A stretch of DNA of 64,000 nt. Origin: Heterodontus francisci. Its lineage: Eukaryota. Made by a program: the position numbers and the translations under genes. The stretch lies in contig NC_090399.1 of assembly GCF_036365525.1 (NCBI RefSeq), positions 10,539,558-10,603,557 on the forward strand, written 5' to 3'. How positions within the stretch are numbered: position 1 is the stretch's first letter; each line of letters begins with the position of its first letter. Shown in pieces: positions 26,358 through 39,220 of the stretch. The notes beneath the pieces are model-generated. The model saw nothing but the letters and a program-made list of their open reading frames with translations. It made no database searches and was not told the DNA's origin.

Positions 26358-26900
26358 GCTTCCTTAAAGATTGATTCTAACACCTTCCCCAAGACAGACA
26401 TAAAGCCAACTGACCTATAGTTACCTGTTTGCTGCCTCTCACCCCTTCTTGAATAGAGGGGCTATATTTGCTATTTTCCAGTCTGATGAAACCTTTCCAG
26501 AATTTAGTGAGTTTTGAAAAATTACCAACGCATCTACTACCTCATTAAACACCTCTTTTAAGACCCTAGGATGAAGCCCATCAGGACTCGGGGATCTGTC
26601 AGACCCCAGCTCCATCAGTTTGCTCAGTACCACTTCCCTGGTGACTGTAATTTCATCAAATTCCTTCCTTCCACCATGCGATTTACAGCTATTACTGGAA
26701 TGTTCTTTGTATCCTCTATAGTGAAGACAGAAGTAAAATATTTGTTCATTTCATCTGCCATTTCCTTATTATCTGCTATTAGCTCCTCATTCCCACTCCC
26801 TAGAGGACCAACACTCACCTTACTTAGTCTTTTCCTTTTTAAATACCTGTAGAAACTCTTGCTATCCGTTTTTGCATTTTTAGCTAATTTCCTCTAATAT
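26358..26900 (-). mobile_element. CR1 ORF2 internal fragment
   Basis: SPSPDGLHPRVLKEV..DWKIANIAPLFKKG; EMADEMNKYFTSVFT. Confidence 0.85.
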
Positions 26901-26904
26901 TCTA

Positions 26905-27680
26905 AACACAAAACTAAGCGCGAATGGGTCTTGTGAGTAAGATGCAAAATAGCTTCAAGGGGCCTTGGACAGACCTAGTGAATGGGCAAGAACGCGGCAG
27001 ATGGAATGTGGAAAATATGAGGTCACCCACCTTGGTAGGAGGAACAGATGTGCAGAGCACCTCCCAAACGGCAAGAGATCAGAAAGTGCAGATGCACAAA
27101 GGGACCTGGGTGCCCCCGCCAATAAGTCACCGAAAACCAACATGCAGGTGCAGCATGCAATCACGAAGGCTTAATGTTAACCTTTATTACATGAGGATGA
27201 CAGGACAGGAGTAGCGAAGTCTTGCCTCAACTGTACAGAAGTTGGGCCAGACCGCACCTGGAGTACTGTGTGCAGCCTTGGTCCCTAAAAGGAGTGCAAC
27301 CAAGATTCACCAGACTCTATGACTTGTTCCCAGGATGGCAGGACCATCCCACGAAGAGAGACCGGGTAAACCGGGCCCGTACTCTCAAATTTCCAAGAAT
27401 GGGAGGCGACCTCATCGAAACCCACAAAGTACCCAAAAGGGATGGGCAGGGTAGATGCAGCTGTTTCCCCTGGTTGGGGAGTCCAGAACAGGGGACACAA
27501 TTTCAAAACAAGGGGGAAGCCACCTAGGACAGAGATAAGGAGAAACCTCTCCACTCAGAGGGTTGTGAATCCTTGGAATCCTCCACGCCAGAGGGCTGCG
27601 GAAGCCCAGTCACCGAGCACGTCCAAAGCAGAGACTGACAGATTTCCAAATACCAATGACACAAGGGAGATGGGGGCTTG
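26905..27680 (+). mobile_element. CR1 3' fragment with strong T>C hypermutation
   Basis: CR1 motifs (RPHLEYCVQ, GDLIET) with T systematically replaced by C relative to other CR1 copies in the window. Confidence 0.85.
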
Positions 27681-29854
27681 ATTCCCGAGGGAGAAGGGAA
27701 ATCTGAAACAAAAATATTGGAAATACTCCGCAGGTTTGGCAGCATCTCTGGAGAGAAAAAACAGAGTTAACGTTTCAGGTCTGTGACCTTTCATCAGAAG
27801 GGGTAAATAAAGTTGGAGGAGGCTTTCATCAGTTCTATGTTGTAGATTCCCTGTAATTCTATGTAATTATCCTTGTGACATCCTGTGGAGTTGACAGACA
27901 CTGTAAAAACACAAATTATGAATATATGTATCTATGTGTTCTATCTGCCTATTAATGTATGTATGTATCTTTGTATGTATGCATGGATATAATAAGTGAG
28001 AATTCACCATAAAGCTAATTTAATAACTTCAAAATGTTGAGGGGTCTGGACGGAGTAGATAGGAAGAAACTGTTCCTGTTGGTGGAAGGATTGAGAACCA
28101 GAGGACACCGATTTGAGGTGATTGACAAAAGAAACAATGGTGATATGAGGAAAAAACATTTGTACACAGCGAGTGGTTAGGATCTGGAATGCACTGTCTG
28201 AGATTGTGGTGGAGGCTGATTTGATAGAGGCTTTCAAAAGGGAATTGGATCATTATCTGGAGAGAAATAAATGCAGGGTTACAGGGAAAAGGCAGGTTGG
28301 GGGTGGGGGAAAGTGGGTCGAGGTGAGTTACTCGCGCAGAGAGCCAACAGGGAGACAATGGGCTGAATGGCCGCCTTTTGTGTTGTAACCATTCTTTATA
28401 ATTCTATAATAGCAATTGGTTTGGTAACACACATTGAGAAAACGTGTGCTAGCTATTTAGCATATGTTAATGATAAAGAAAAACGACTTACATTTCTCTA
28501 GCACCTTTCACGACCTCAGGACATCCCAAAACATAGCCAATAAATACTTGTGGAACATAGTCACTGTTGCAATTTAGGAAATGCAGCAGCCCATTTCACA
28601 CAGTGAGCTCCCACCGTTATTTTGTGAAGTTGATTGACAGAAGACTGGAGATAGCTTCTCTTCTCTTTGAAATAGTGCCATGCAATCTTTTACATCCACC
28701 TCAGAGAGCAGACAGAGCCTCAGAATGGTATCTTATCCAAAAGTCAGCACCACCATGTCCACCTAGATTTACATGATCAAGTCTCTAGAGTGGAACTTGA
28801 ACCCTTCACGTTCAGGGACAGAAGTGCGACCACCTGAACTACAGCTAACACCCTGCAGTCTCCTTTTATTACATAATTATCCCATTAGACCCACTAGTGA
28901 CATTCCGTCAGCAAATCAAATCTGGCCCATTCATTTTTTAATGAATGTAATTACAAATAATTTGTTCTCCTACCTTATACCCTATTCAAAAACATTTGTT
29001 TTGAACACCTATTGTAGAAACTGCATGATTTTCCTTTTCATTTGATTTTACATTAGCCAGTTGAATAGCGGAAGAGGCCCGCAGGGGTGAATGGCCAGCT
29101 CCTGTTCCAGTTAAAACATACTCACCTGTCATATACTAGAGTCACTGAGTCATAACAGCACAGAAGGAGGCCATTCAGCCCATCAAATCCATGCCAGCTC
29201 TTTATAGCGCCATCTAATCCGTCCCATTTCCTCGCTCTATCCCTGTAGCTCTGTAAGTTTATTTCCCTCAAGTGCCCTTCCAATTTCCTCTTGAAATCAC
29301 TCGTCGTCTCTGCTTCCACCACCCCTGTGGGCAGTGAGTTCCAGGTCATTACCACTCGCTCAGTAGAAAAGTACTTCCTTACATCCCCCTGCATCTCTTG
29401 GCCCAAACCTTCAGTGTATATCCCCTAGTCCTTGAACCATCTGCTAATGCGAATGTGACCCTGTCTTTTTCACCAACCACAGGACAATGATTTTCAGCGT
29501 GGATCAGTTAGCAATGATCAGAATTGGATTCTCTGGCTAATTTTCCCTTTCTTATCATCCAGGAAATCTCAGTAGCTGCAAACGCTGACCTCAGGTGACT
29601 GCGCCATACTTCAAGGAGGTCTCCTGGAATCTCTTTGATCTGATTTAATGCTGCACCACGCAACACATTTACTCCCAAAGCCATCAGGAAAGCCCAGATT
29701 TAATAGCAATAATATGTTAATGTGTTGTCAGCTTTGAGTTATTGAACGCAGGGGTAAATCCAAGCTTGGCACAGTAAATGTTGTCAATATTTGTGTCAGG
29801 TTGTATTTACACGTGGTTGCTGGTGGATTAGTTACCATTTTATTTCCATTTCAG

Positions 29855-30172
29855 CTGCCTCACCGTCCTCTCCATTGGTTTATCTCCACAATCCACACCC
29901 CGAGGACATTTTTAAACAGAAGAACATCTCACTGCTCTGTGTGGCAGAAAACTTTTACCCGGATGATATTTCCATTTCCTGGCATGTGGATGGTGATCAG
30001 GTTCATTCGGGGGTCTCACATTCTGCTTCCCTATTGGGTGCCAACGACACCTACACAAAGATCAGTAAGCTGATCATTGCTACATCTCAGTGGATCACAG
30101 GGTCTGTTCACAGCTGCCAAGTATCACATAAAATGCTACCTTCACCAATCACCAAACACATAAGTAGCACTG
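29855..30172 (+). CDS. UrIg: UrIg-like Ig gene, C1-set constant domain 1
   Basis: Acceptor TTTCCATTTCAG|CT; LLCVAENFYPDDISISW, TYTKISKL, HSCQVSH; donor ACTG|GTAAGT; 318 nt. Confidence 0.95.
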
Positions 30173-30960
30173 GTAAGTTAAACACCAAGTTTTTTCTTTA
30201 GAGATACTATGGGGTAGAAATTCATCTCCAGCGTTCGAACTATGGAAAACAGTGAGTGGCCGATTCCGTAGACCACCAGCCCTCCAACCCGATCATTCTG
30301 CACCACTTGTCCAAGATAATTTCCAAATTCTTTGGTTCTCCTCGTCTGTGTTAAAGCAACGTTACTAACACTGGATGATAACTCATCCTGGAACTGTGCA
30401 GTAGAGCAATCTGAAACATGACAAGGCCCATGGAGGGTATGTTTATCATGGAACGTTTCCTTACAGAGAGGGTGATCACCAGCTGTTTGCGAGGGAAAGT
30501 GACTGGGTTCCAGACACTGGATTTATTTCAGAAACAACTCCAATTCCATAATGGGATGAGCATAGGGTGGATATTTTTGAAAGGAAGGTGCAATAAAATT
30601 GGCTAAAACCCAATCCTCCAAGAACTTAGCGGGAGTAATTTTAACTTTCAGTGATGGGATAACATGGGTGATATCAGATGGACCACTCCTGAATTTGTGT
30701 GAATTAATCATGGCAGTTGCAACTTTAACCTGAGCTTGCCAGCTGGGAATGCCACCAGATCTCAGTTTTATTCTCCAAGGATTTTGATAGAGAATAAAAG
30801 TGGGCAGGGTGTAAAAACCCCTGTCAGTTCCTGATGGGTGAGTTAGTTAGAATTGCCTCCGACATTCAAGTATTTAGTTTGCATTTGGTTGTTCTCACTC
30901 GGATGCTAAGTTGATTTGACATCCTGACATGACACCTATCTAATTCTGATTGTTACTTAG

Positions 30961-31281
30961 AGCGATATCCAATGGCACCAATGGTGTATATTTTACCACC
31001 GAGGTTTGAAGAAATTGACATGACGACGAAGGCAACACTCATCTGTCTGGCGGCTGGGTTTTATCCAGTGGAAATTTCCTTCCGGTGGTTCATCAATGGC
31101 AGTCCAGTGGTTGACAATGTCAAGAGCTATCCACCTGTTCTAAATATAAATGGTACCTATTGTGCCCAAAGCGAGTTGATTACATCTGCTCAGACGTGGA
31201 ACCTTGGCTCTGTCTATTCGTGTGAGATCCAGCATGTTTCAGTGCCCGATGGGATCATTCAAACCATCAATAAAACTATGG
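30961..31281 (+). CDS. UrIg: UrIg-like Ig gene, C1-set constant domain 2
   Basis: Acceptor TTACTTAG|AG; PMVYILPP, ATLICLAAGFYPVEISFRW, YSCEIQH; donor ATGG|GTAGGC; 321 nt. Confidence 0.95.
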
Positions 31282-31429
31282 GTAGGCAGAATCTGTTCCA
31301 ATGCTTCTCCTTTTTCCCTTCACTGTTTGGTTATAAAATGGAAATTTATGTATCCTAAATCTGACAAGTAAAAGGATAATCCTTTGACTTAATAACTAAA
31401 CATTGCCTGCTGTATAAACAACAACTTCT

Positions 31430-32090
31430 ATTTATATACCACTTTTAATGTAATAAAAAAAACCCAGTGCTCTTCACAGAAGCATTATGAGGCAATATTA
31501 GACACCAAGCCACATAAGGCAATATTAGGGCAGATGACCAAACTTTGGTTAAAGAGGTAGGTTTTAAGGAGCATCTTAGAAAAAGAACAAGATGTGAAAT
31601 GGCAGAGGGGTTTAGGGCCAAGGCAGCTGAAGGCATGGCCACCAATGGTGGAGCAATTAAAACCAGGGATGATCAAGAGGTCAGAATTAGAGGAGTGGAG
31701 ATACCTCAGAGGGTTGTGGGGCTGGAGGAAATTACAGAGATAGGAGGCCATCAGATTTGGAAACAAGGATGAGAATTTTAAAATCAAGGTGTTGCTTGAC
31801 TGGGAGCCAATGTAGGTCAGAGAGCACAAGACTGGTGGCTGAACAGGACCTGGTGCGAGTTAAGACACGGGCAGCAGAGTTTTGGATGACCTCAAGTTTA
31901 CAATGGGTAGAATGTGGGAGATCAGCCAGGGGTGCTTTGGAATAGGCAAGTTGGGAGGTAACAAAGACATGACTGAGGATCTCAGACCATATGAGCCAAG
32001 AGAGGGATGAAATGGGGTGATGAGACGGAGGTGTAACAGGCATTCTTAGCGATAGCGCCGATGTGTGGCTGGACGCTTATCTCAGGGTCA
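31430..32090 (-). mobile_element. L2-type LINE 3' fragment
   Basis: QNSAARVLT...LHWLPVKQHLDFKILILV motif; related pieces at ~21990-22410, ~48285-48787 and ~56420-56760. Confidence 0.75.
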
Positions 32091-32094
32091 AGAT

Positions 32095-33215
32095 TTATTT
32101 TATTTGTTTCATGGGATGTGACCATCACTGGCAAGGCCAGCATTTCTTGCCATTCCCTAATTGCCCTTGAGAAGGGGTGGTGAATTGCCTTCTTGAACCA
32201 CTGCAGTCCAAAAGGTGTGCGTACACCCACAGTGCTGTAGGGAAAGAAGTTCCAGGTTTTTGACCCAGCGACGGTGAAGGAACAATGATATAGTTCCATG
32301 TCAGGATGGTGCGTGGCTTGGAGGGGAACTTGTAGGTGGTGGTATTCCCATGCATCTGCTGCCCTTGTCATTCTAGGTGGTAGAGGTCGGGGGTTTGGAA
32401 GGTGCTGTCGAAGGAGGCTTGGTGATTTGCTGCAGTGCATCTTGTCGATAGTATACACTGCTGCCACTGTGCATCGATGGTGGAGGGAATGAATATTTAA
32501 GATGGTGGATGGGGTGCCGATCTAGTGGGCTGCTTTGTCCTGGATGGTGTTGAACTTCTTGAGTATTGTTGCACTTGCATCTATCCAGGTAAGTGGAGAG
32601 TATTCCATCACACTCCTGACTTGTGCCTTGTAGATGGTGGACAGGCTTTGGGGAGTCAGGAGGTGAGTTACTCGCCACAGGATTCTTAGCCTCTGACCTG
32701 CTCTTGTAGCCACAGTATTTATATGGCTGGTCCAGTTCTGTTTCTGGTCAATGGTAACCCCAGGATATTGATCATGGGGGATTCAGAGATGGTAATGCCA
32801 TTAAATGCCAAAGGGAGGTGGTTAGATTCTCTCTTGTTGGAGATGGTCATTGCCTGGCACATGTGTGGCCCAAATGTTACTTGCCACTTATTAGCCCAAG
32901 CCTGAATGTTGTCCAGGTCCTGCTGTATATGGACTCGGCTGCTTCAGTAGCTGAGGAGTTGTGAATGGAGGTGAACATTGTATAATCATCAGTGAACATC
33001 CCTACTTCAGACGTTATAATGGAGGGAAAGTCATTGATGAAGGAGCTGAAAATAGTTGGGCCTAGGACACTACCATGCATAACTCCAGCAGTGATGTCCT
33101 GGGACTGAGATGATTGACCTCCAACAACCACAACCATCTTCCTTTGTGCTAGGTATGACACCAACCAGTGGAGAGTTTTCCCCCGATTCCCATTGACTCC
33201 AGTTTTGCTAAGGCT
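32095..33215 (-). mobile_element. CR1/L2-clade LINE 3' region (second family)
   Basis: GSVLGPTIFSSFIND, MFTDD, IYKAQVRSVMEYSPL. Confidence 0.8.
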
Positions 33216-33504
33216 CCTTGAAGCCAAGGATAAATATGACACCAAGGTTGCGAAAGGTTTGGTTTAGTCTCAGACAGTTGCCAGGGAGAGGAATGAAGTT
33301 GATAGCTAGAGAATGGAATTTGCAGCGGGGACCAAAGAAACTGGCTTCAGCCTTTCCAATATCGAATGCTAGGAAATTTCTGCTCAAGAAGTACTGGCCT
33401 GCTTATGGCCATGAACATGAAATCAGGAATCCACTAAAGATGTGTCTAGCACATTGGGTAGAAGGGGTGGGATCACATCAGGGAGTGGAACTGAATATTG
33501 GACA

Positions 33505-35075
33505 CCGATAACAGATGGTCAATGCATGGATATTGGTGGGGTTGGATCATTAATGCATGGATATCGAGGATGATGTATAATAGATAGTCGATGCTCAGAT
33601 ATCAGGTGGATGGATAACAGATGGTTAATGCATGGATTTTGGGGGGGTGGGGGCTGGCGGGCAGCCATAAAGACAGGGCTAAATTGTGGCGAGTCGAAGA
33701 GACTTAGTAGTTGGCAGGAAAAAAGACAGAGGCGCAAGGGGAGAGCCAACTGTGCAACAGCCCCAACAAACAAATTTCTCTGCAGCACCTGTGGAAGAGC
33801 CTGTCACTCCAGAATTGGCCTTTATAGCCACTCCAGGCGCTGCTTCACAAACCACTGACCACCTCCAGGCGCGTATCCATTGTCTCTCGAGATAAGGAGG
33901 CCCAAAAGAAGGGGGGTTGGGTGGATAACAGGTAGTCAATGCACAGATATTTCCGGGGTGGAGGGCAGATAACAAGCAGTCAATGTGCAGATATGCAGGG
34001 GTGAACAGATAACAGGCAGTCAATGCAAGAATATAAAACTAGGCATATAACAGACAGTCAATGCACGGATATCCAGGAATTGAAGGGGGGGGGGGGGGGG
34101 GGGGGCGGAGCGGCAGATAATTGGCGGTCAGTGCACAGATATTATAGGAGTGATGTATAACAGGCAGCCAATGCAAGAATATCGGGATGGGGGGAGCGGG
34201 ATGTTTCGCAGGAGGCCAATGCACGGCTATTGGTGGGGAATGGATAACAGGTGGCTAATGCACAGTTATCGGGGCAGGTATGTCATACAGGCAGCCAATG
34301 CACGGATATCATGGGGGGGGGAGTATATATTACAGGCAGCCAATGCATAGATATTGGTGTGGGGGGGAATGGATAACAGGTGGTCAATGCACGGATATCA
34401 TGGGGGAATGTATTACAGGCAGCCAATGCATGGATATTGGGGGGTGGGGTAATGTATAACAGGTGGCGATGCATGAATATTGGGGGTGGATGTATAACAT
34501 GTGGCCAATACATGGATATCAAGGAGGATGTATAACAGGCAGCCAATGTATGGATATTGTGGGGGATGTATAACAGGCAACCGAAGCACGGATATCACAG
34601 GGATGTACAACAAGCGGCCAATGCACGGATATCGTGGGGATGTATAACAGGCAGCCAATACATGGATATTGGGGTGATGTATAACAGGCGGCCAATGCAT
34701 GGATATCAGGTGATGTATAACAGGCGGCCAATGCATGGATATCAGGTGATGTATAACAGGCGGCCAATGCATGGATATCAGGTGATGTATAACAGGCAGC
34801 CAATGCATGGATATCAGGTGATGTATAACAGGAGACCAATGCATGGATATCAGGGGGGTTGTATAACAGGCAGCCAATGCACGGATATTGGGTGGAGTTA
34901 TAAGAAGCAGCCAATGCACAGATATCGGGCGGGGTGTATAACAGGCAGCCAATGCACAGATATCGTGGGGATGTATAACAGGCAGCCAATGCAGGGATAT
35001 TGGGGTATTTATAACAGGGGGCCAATGCACAGATATCAAGGGGATGTATAACAGGCAGCCAATGCAAGGATATCA
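33505..35075 (+). repeat. Minisatellite array A (36-45-bp unit GTGATGTATAACAGGCGGCCAATGCATGGATATCAG)
   Basis: Tandem units visible; most homogeneous at 34670-34850. Confidence 0.95.
33653..33910 (+). mobile_element. RTE (BovB-like) 3' fragment inserted in array A
   Basis: Near-identical to the 3' end of 52848-54050. Confidence 0.9.
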
Positions 35076-35407
35076 GAAGGACAGATTGCAGGCACTCAAG
35101 ATCAGCTTTAAACCACTATGCAATTTTGCAGTAATTTGGGGATCCCTAAAACAACTGTAATACGTCTTCCAAATGACAAAATATCTGTTCCTTTTCCTGC
35201 AGCACAACATTACGATATGGAAGTTGCAATCCAAAGTTATAATTTCCAATTGCACAGCTCATATTGACAAGACGACTGGGTGAGAAAGGCTAAGTTACCT
35301 AATCATATAAACCAGACACTGTTTTAAGTGCTGCAAAATTAGGCTGGTACAGTAAATTTGCATTGTAATAATGGGGTAGAAATTCATCTTGGGCAGTAGA
35401 ACATTAA

Positions 35408-37625
35408 CACACATCCCACCTCATATCAATGCATTGACTGCCTGTTACACATCCCATCTCATATTCATGCATTGACCATCTGTTACACATCCCATCTCAT
35501 ATCCATGCAATTACCGCCTGTAACACATTCCACCTCATATTCATGCATTGACTGCCTGTTACACATCCCACCTCATATCAATGCATTGACCGCCTGTTAC
35601 ACATCCCATCTCATATTCATGCATTGACCGCCTATTACACATCCCACCTCATATCAATGCATTGACAGCCTGTTACACATCCCGTCTCATATTCATGCAT
35701 TGACCGCCTGTTACACATCCCATCTCATATCAATGCATTGACCGCCTGTTACACATCCCATCTCATATTCATGCATTGACCGCCTGTTACACATCCCACC
35801 TCATATCAATGCATTGACAGCCTGTTACACATCCCGTCTCATATTCATGCATTGACCGCCTGTTACACATCCCGTCTCATATCAATGCATTGACCGCCTG
35901 TTACACATTCCACCTCATATCCATGCATTGACCGCCTGTTACACATTCCACCTCATATCCATGCATTGATCACCTGTTACACATCTCTCCTCATATTCAT
36001 GCATTGACTGACTGTTACACATCTCACCTCATATTTATGCATTGACTGCCTGTTACACATCTCACCTCATATTCATGCATTGACTGCCTGTTACACATCC
36101 CACCTCATATTCATGCATTGACTGACTGTTACACATCCCACCTCATATTCATGCATTGACCGTCTGTTACACATCTCGCCTCATATTCATGCATTGACCG
36201 TCTGTTACACATCTCACCTCATATTCATGCATTGACCGCCTGTTACACATCCCGTCTCATATTCATGCATTGACCGCCTGTTACACATCCCACCTCATAT
36301 CAATGCATTGACAGCCTGTTACACATCCCGTCTCATATTCATGCATTGACCGTCTGTTACACATCCCGTCTCATATCAATGCATTGACCGCCTGTTACAC
36401 ATCCCCTCTCATATTCATGCATTGATTGCCTGTTACACATCCCACCTCATATTCATGCATTGACCGTCTGTTACACATCCCGTCTCATATACATGCATTG
36501 ATCGCCTGTTACACATCTCTCCTCATATTCATGCATTGACTGACTGTTACACATCCCACCTCATATTCATGCATTGACCGCCTGTTACACATCTCGCCTC
36601 ATATCAATGCATTGACTGCCTGTTACACATCCCGTCTCATATTCATGCATTGACCGCCTGTTACACATCCCACCTCATATCAATGCATTGACAGCCTGTT
36701 ACACATCCCATCTCATATTCATGCATTGACCGTCTTTTACACATCTCACCTCATATCAATGCATTGACAGCCTGTTACACATCCCGTCTCATATTCATGC
36801 ATTGACCGCCTGTTACACATCCCGTCTCATATCAATGCATTGACCGCCTGTTACACATCCCCTCTCATATTCATGCATTGACTGCCTGTTACACATCCCG
36901 TCTCATATTCATGCATTGAGAGCCTGTTACACATCCCGTCTCATATTCATGCATTGACCGCCTGTTACACATCCCGTCTCATATCCATGCATTGACCGCC
37001 TGTTACACATCCCGTCTCATATACATGCATTGATCGCCTGTTACACATCTCTCCTCATATTCATGCATTGACTGACTGTTACAAATCTCACCTCATATTC
37101 ATGCATTGACTGTCTGTTACACATCCCACCTCATATTCATGCATTGACCGCCTGTTACACATCTCGCCTCATATTTATGCATTGACTGCCTGTTACACAT
37201 CTCGCCTCATATTCATGCATTGACTGACTGTTACATACCTCACAACATATCCGTGCATTCATCGCCTGTTACACATCTCACAATATATCCATGCATTGAC
37301 TGACTGTTACACATTTTTGGCAGGAAAAAAGACAAAAGCGCAAGGGCAGAGCCAACTGTGTAACAGCCCCGACAAACAAAGTTTTCTGCAGCACCTGTGG
37401 AAGAGCCTGTCACTCTAGAATTGGCCTTTATAGCTACTCCAGGCGCTGCTCCACACACTACTGACCACCTCCAGGCGCTTATCCATTGTCTCTCGAGATA
37501 AGGAGGCCAAAGACACATCCCACCTCGTATTCATGATTTGACAACCTGTTACATATCCCGCATTATATCCATGTATTGATCGCCTGTTACACATCCCGCC
37601 TTATATTCATCCATTGACAGCCTGC
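35408..37625 (-). repeat. Minisatellite array B (38-bp unit GCATTGACCGCCTGTTACACATCCCACCTCATATTCAT on +), about 50 units, inverted relative to A
   Basis: Reverse complement GGCGGTCAATGCATGAATATGAGGTGGGATGTGTAACA aligns to the array A unit. Confidence 0.95.
37317..37512 (+). mobile_element. RTE 3' fragment inserted in array B
   Basis: GGCAGGAAAAAAGAC...GAGATAAGGAGGCCAAAG; possible ACACAT TSD. Confidence 0.9.
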
Positions 37626-37870
37626 CATATGTTCTATCTCAGTTCCACTACATCAGTGGAATTCACTATCAGGTGGGCAACCAGTGTGAAATCATCCCTT
37701 CTACCTAATGTGTTAGACACATCTCCAGCGGATTGCTGATTTGATATTCATGGCTATAGCAAGTCTAGTCAATCAATGAAAATTGTCTCCAATTGTATAG
37801 TTATGTTATGGCTGCGAGCACCTTGATGGACAATATCCATTGATTAAGTATCTTATTTATGCTTTAACAG

Positions 37871-38189
37871 AAGTTGTGTTCCGTCAACCGACAATAACCC
37901 CCATCAAGCTGCAGTCAGATGACACTCGCCGGCTACAAACAGTGACACTGGCCTGCTTTGTGTCAGGGTTTTATCCGGCTGATATTTACGTGACCTGGAG
38001 AACTGAAAGGGGTATGCAAGTGCTGGGCAGCGTGACAAACTTCCCAGTGTTGCGGGACACGAGCGGGACGTATAGTACGGTCAGTCAGATGACCATCCCC
38101 CTATCAGACATGGATCACACACTTACATATGTGTGTGTAGTTGGACACGAGTCTCTTACTTTTCCAATAGAAAAATGGTTTCAAATAAG
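37871..38189 (+). CDS. UrIg: UrIg-like Ig gene, C1-set constant domain 3
   Basis: Acceptor TTTAACAG|AA; TLACFVSGFYPADIYVTW, GTYSTVSQM, YVCVVGHESL; phase-2 donor AG|GTAAAT overlapping in-frame TAA (38191-38193). Confidence 0.95.
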
Positions 38190-38565
38190 GTAAATTCCTG
38201 AACTCGATGGATTTTGAAAATGTTTTCGATCTTGAAAATAGTTCTATTCTGGAGTTGACTAAATGACACACAAGGCTACTAACAATTAAGGAATGTCAAT
38301 ACTGCGGCTATCTTTTTGACCTCTCCCTTGCCCTGTGATAGTGGTGATGAGAGTTTAAATTTTCCACTTACCTGCAGAATCCAGTTTATCTGCCTGGGAT
38401 CACACAACCCTCCATGACAGTTTCTATTTCCTGTCAACCTGCCCCAATCTCACCATCCCTGCCTCCGATCTCCCATCCCTCCCACCTAACTCTGGCCTCC
38501 CACTGCATATCCAGGCCTCCGCTCCCCACTCCCCTCCCCCATTACACCCCATTCCACCAATCAGC

Positions 38566-38862
38566 CCGGGGTGGTGCAGTGGCTAGCACCGCAGTTTCAT
38601 AGCTCTACTGATCCAGGTTCAGTTCTGGGTACTGCCTGTGCAGAGTTTGCAAGTTTTCACTGTGACCACGTTGGTTTCCTCCCACATACCAAAGACTTGT
38701 GGGTTGATAGCTAAATTGGCCATTGTTGCCCCTAGTGTAGGTAGGTGGTAGAAGAATTGAGGGAAAAATGGATTAATGTAGGATTATTATAATTGGGTGA
38801 TTGATGGTCAGCACAGACTCATTGGGCTGAAGGGCCTGTTTCAGTGCTGTATGACTCTGTGA
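38566..38862 (+). mobile_element. HE1-like SINE (diverged)
   Basis: Same family as 9559-9925; another partial copy at ~48788-49015. Confidence 0.8.
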
Positions 38863-39220
38863 CCTCCAGCCTATCAATCTGGCTGGCTGTCATGGGGAAA
38901 CAGAGAGAAAAAAAAAACACATTAATCACATCCTGCTATTTAAATTTGACAGGGTCTGAGGGAAACCCATTCTTTCAGGTTTCCCAAACTCAATCCAGCC
39001 CCCGCCACTCACTCCCTACCTCAGCCTCTATTTATAATGCTAGGGGGTCTCATTGGAATTTTTTTTCAATGGCTTTATCACATTACAGTGTAGAGTTTAA
39101 TGGTCATACTCACTTGTGACACTCTCAGCTTATTACATCCGCGTAGAAATTAAGTTATAAATTCAGTTCCATCAATTAGCTTCTTATGAGTTTGTTATTG
39201 AACCAATTCTTCTCTTTCAG

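Noticed and set aside
34150-35067. Repetitive ORFs (e.g. MYNRRPMHGYQV repeats)
   Set aside because: Translations of the 36-bp minisatellite; no splice or expression evidence
35408-37310. CRISPR-like appearance of regular 38-bp repeats
   Set aside because: No unique spacers, no cas genes, eukaryotic intron; this is a minisatellite
25461-38193. Conventional IgM/IgW/IgNAR cluster or TCR/light chain
   Set aside because: No separate V/D/J with flanking RSS, three C domains, no tailpiece Cys, no CART-type TM; V retains C'/C'' strands unlike VNAR. A germline-joined origin is not fully excluded without phylogeny
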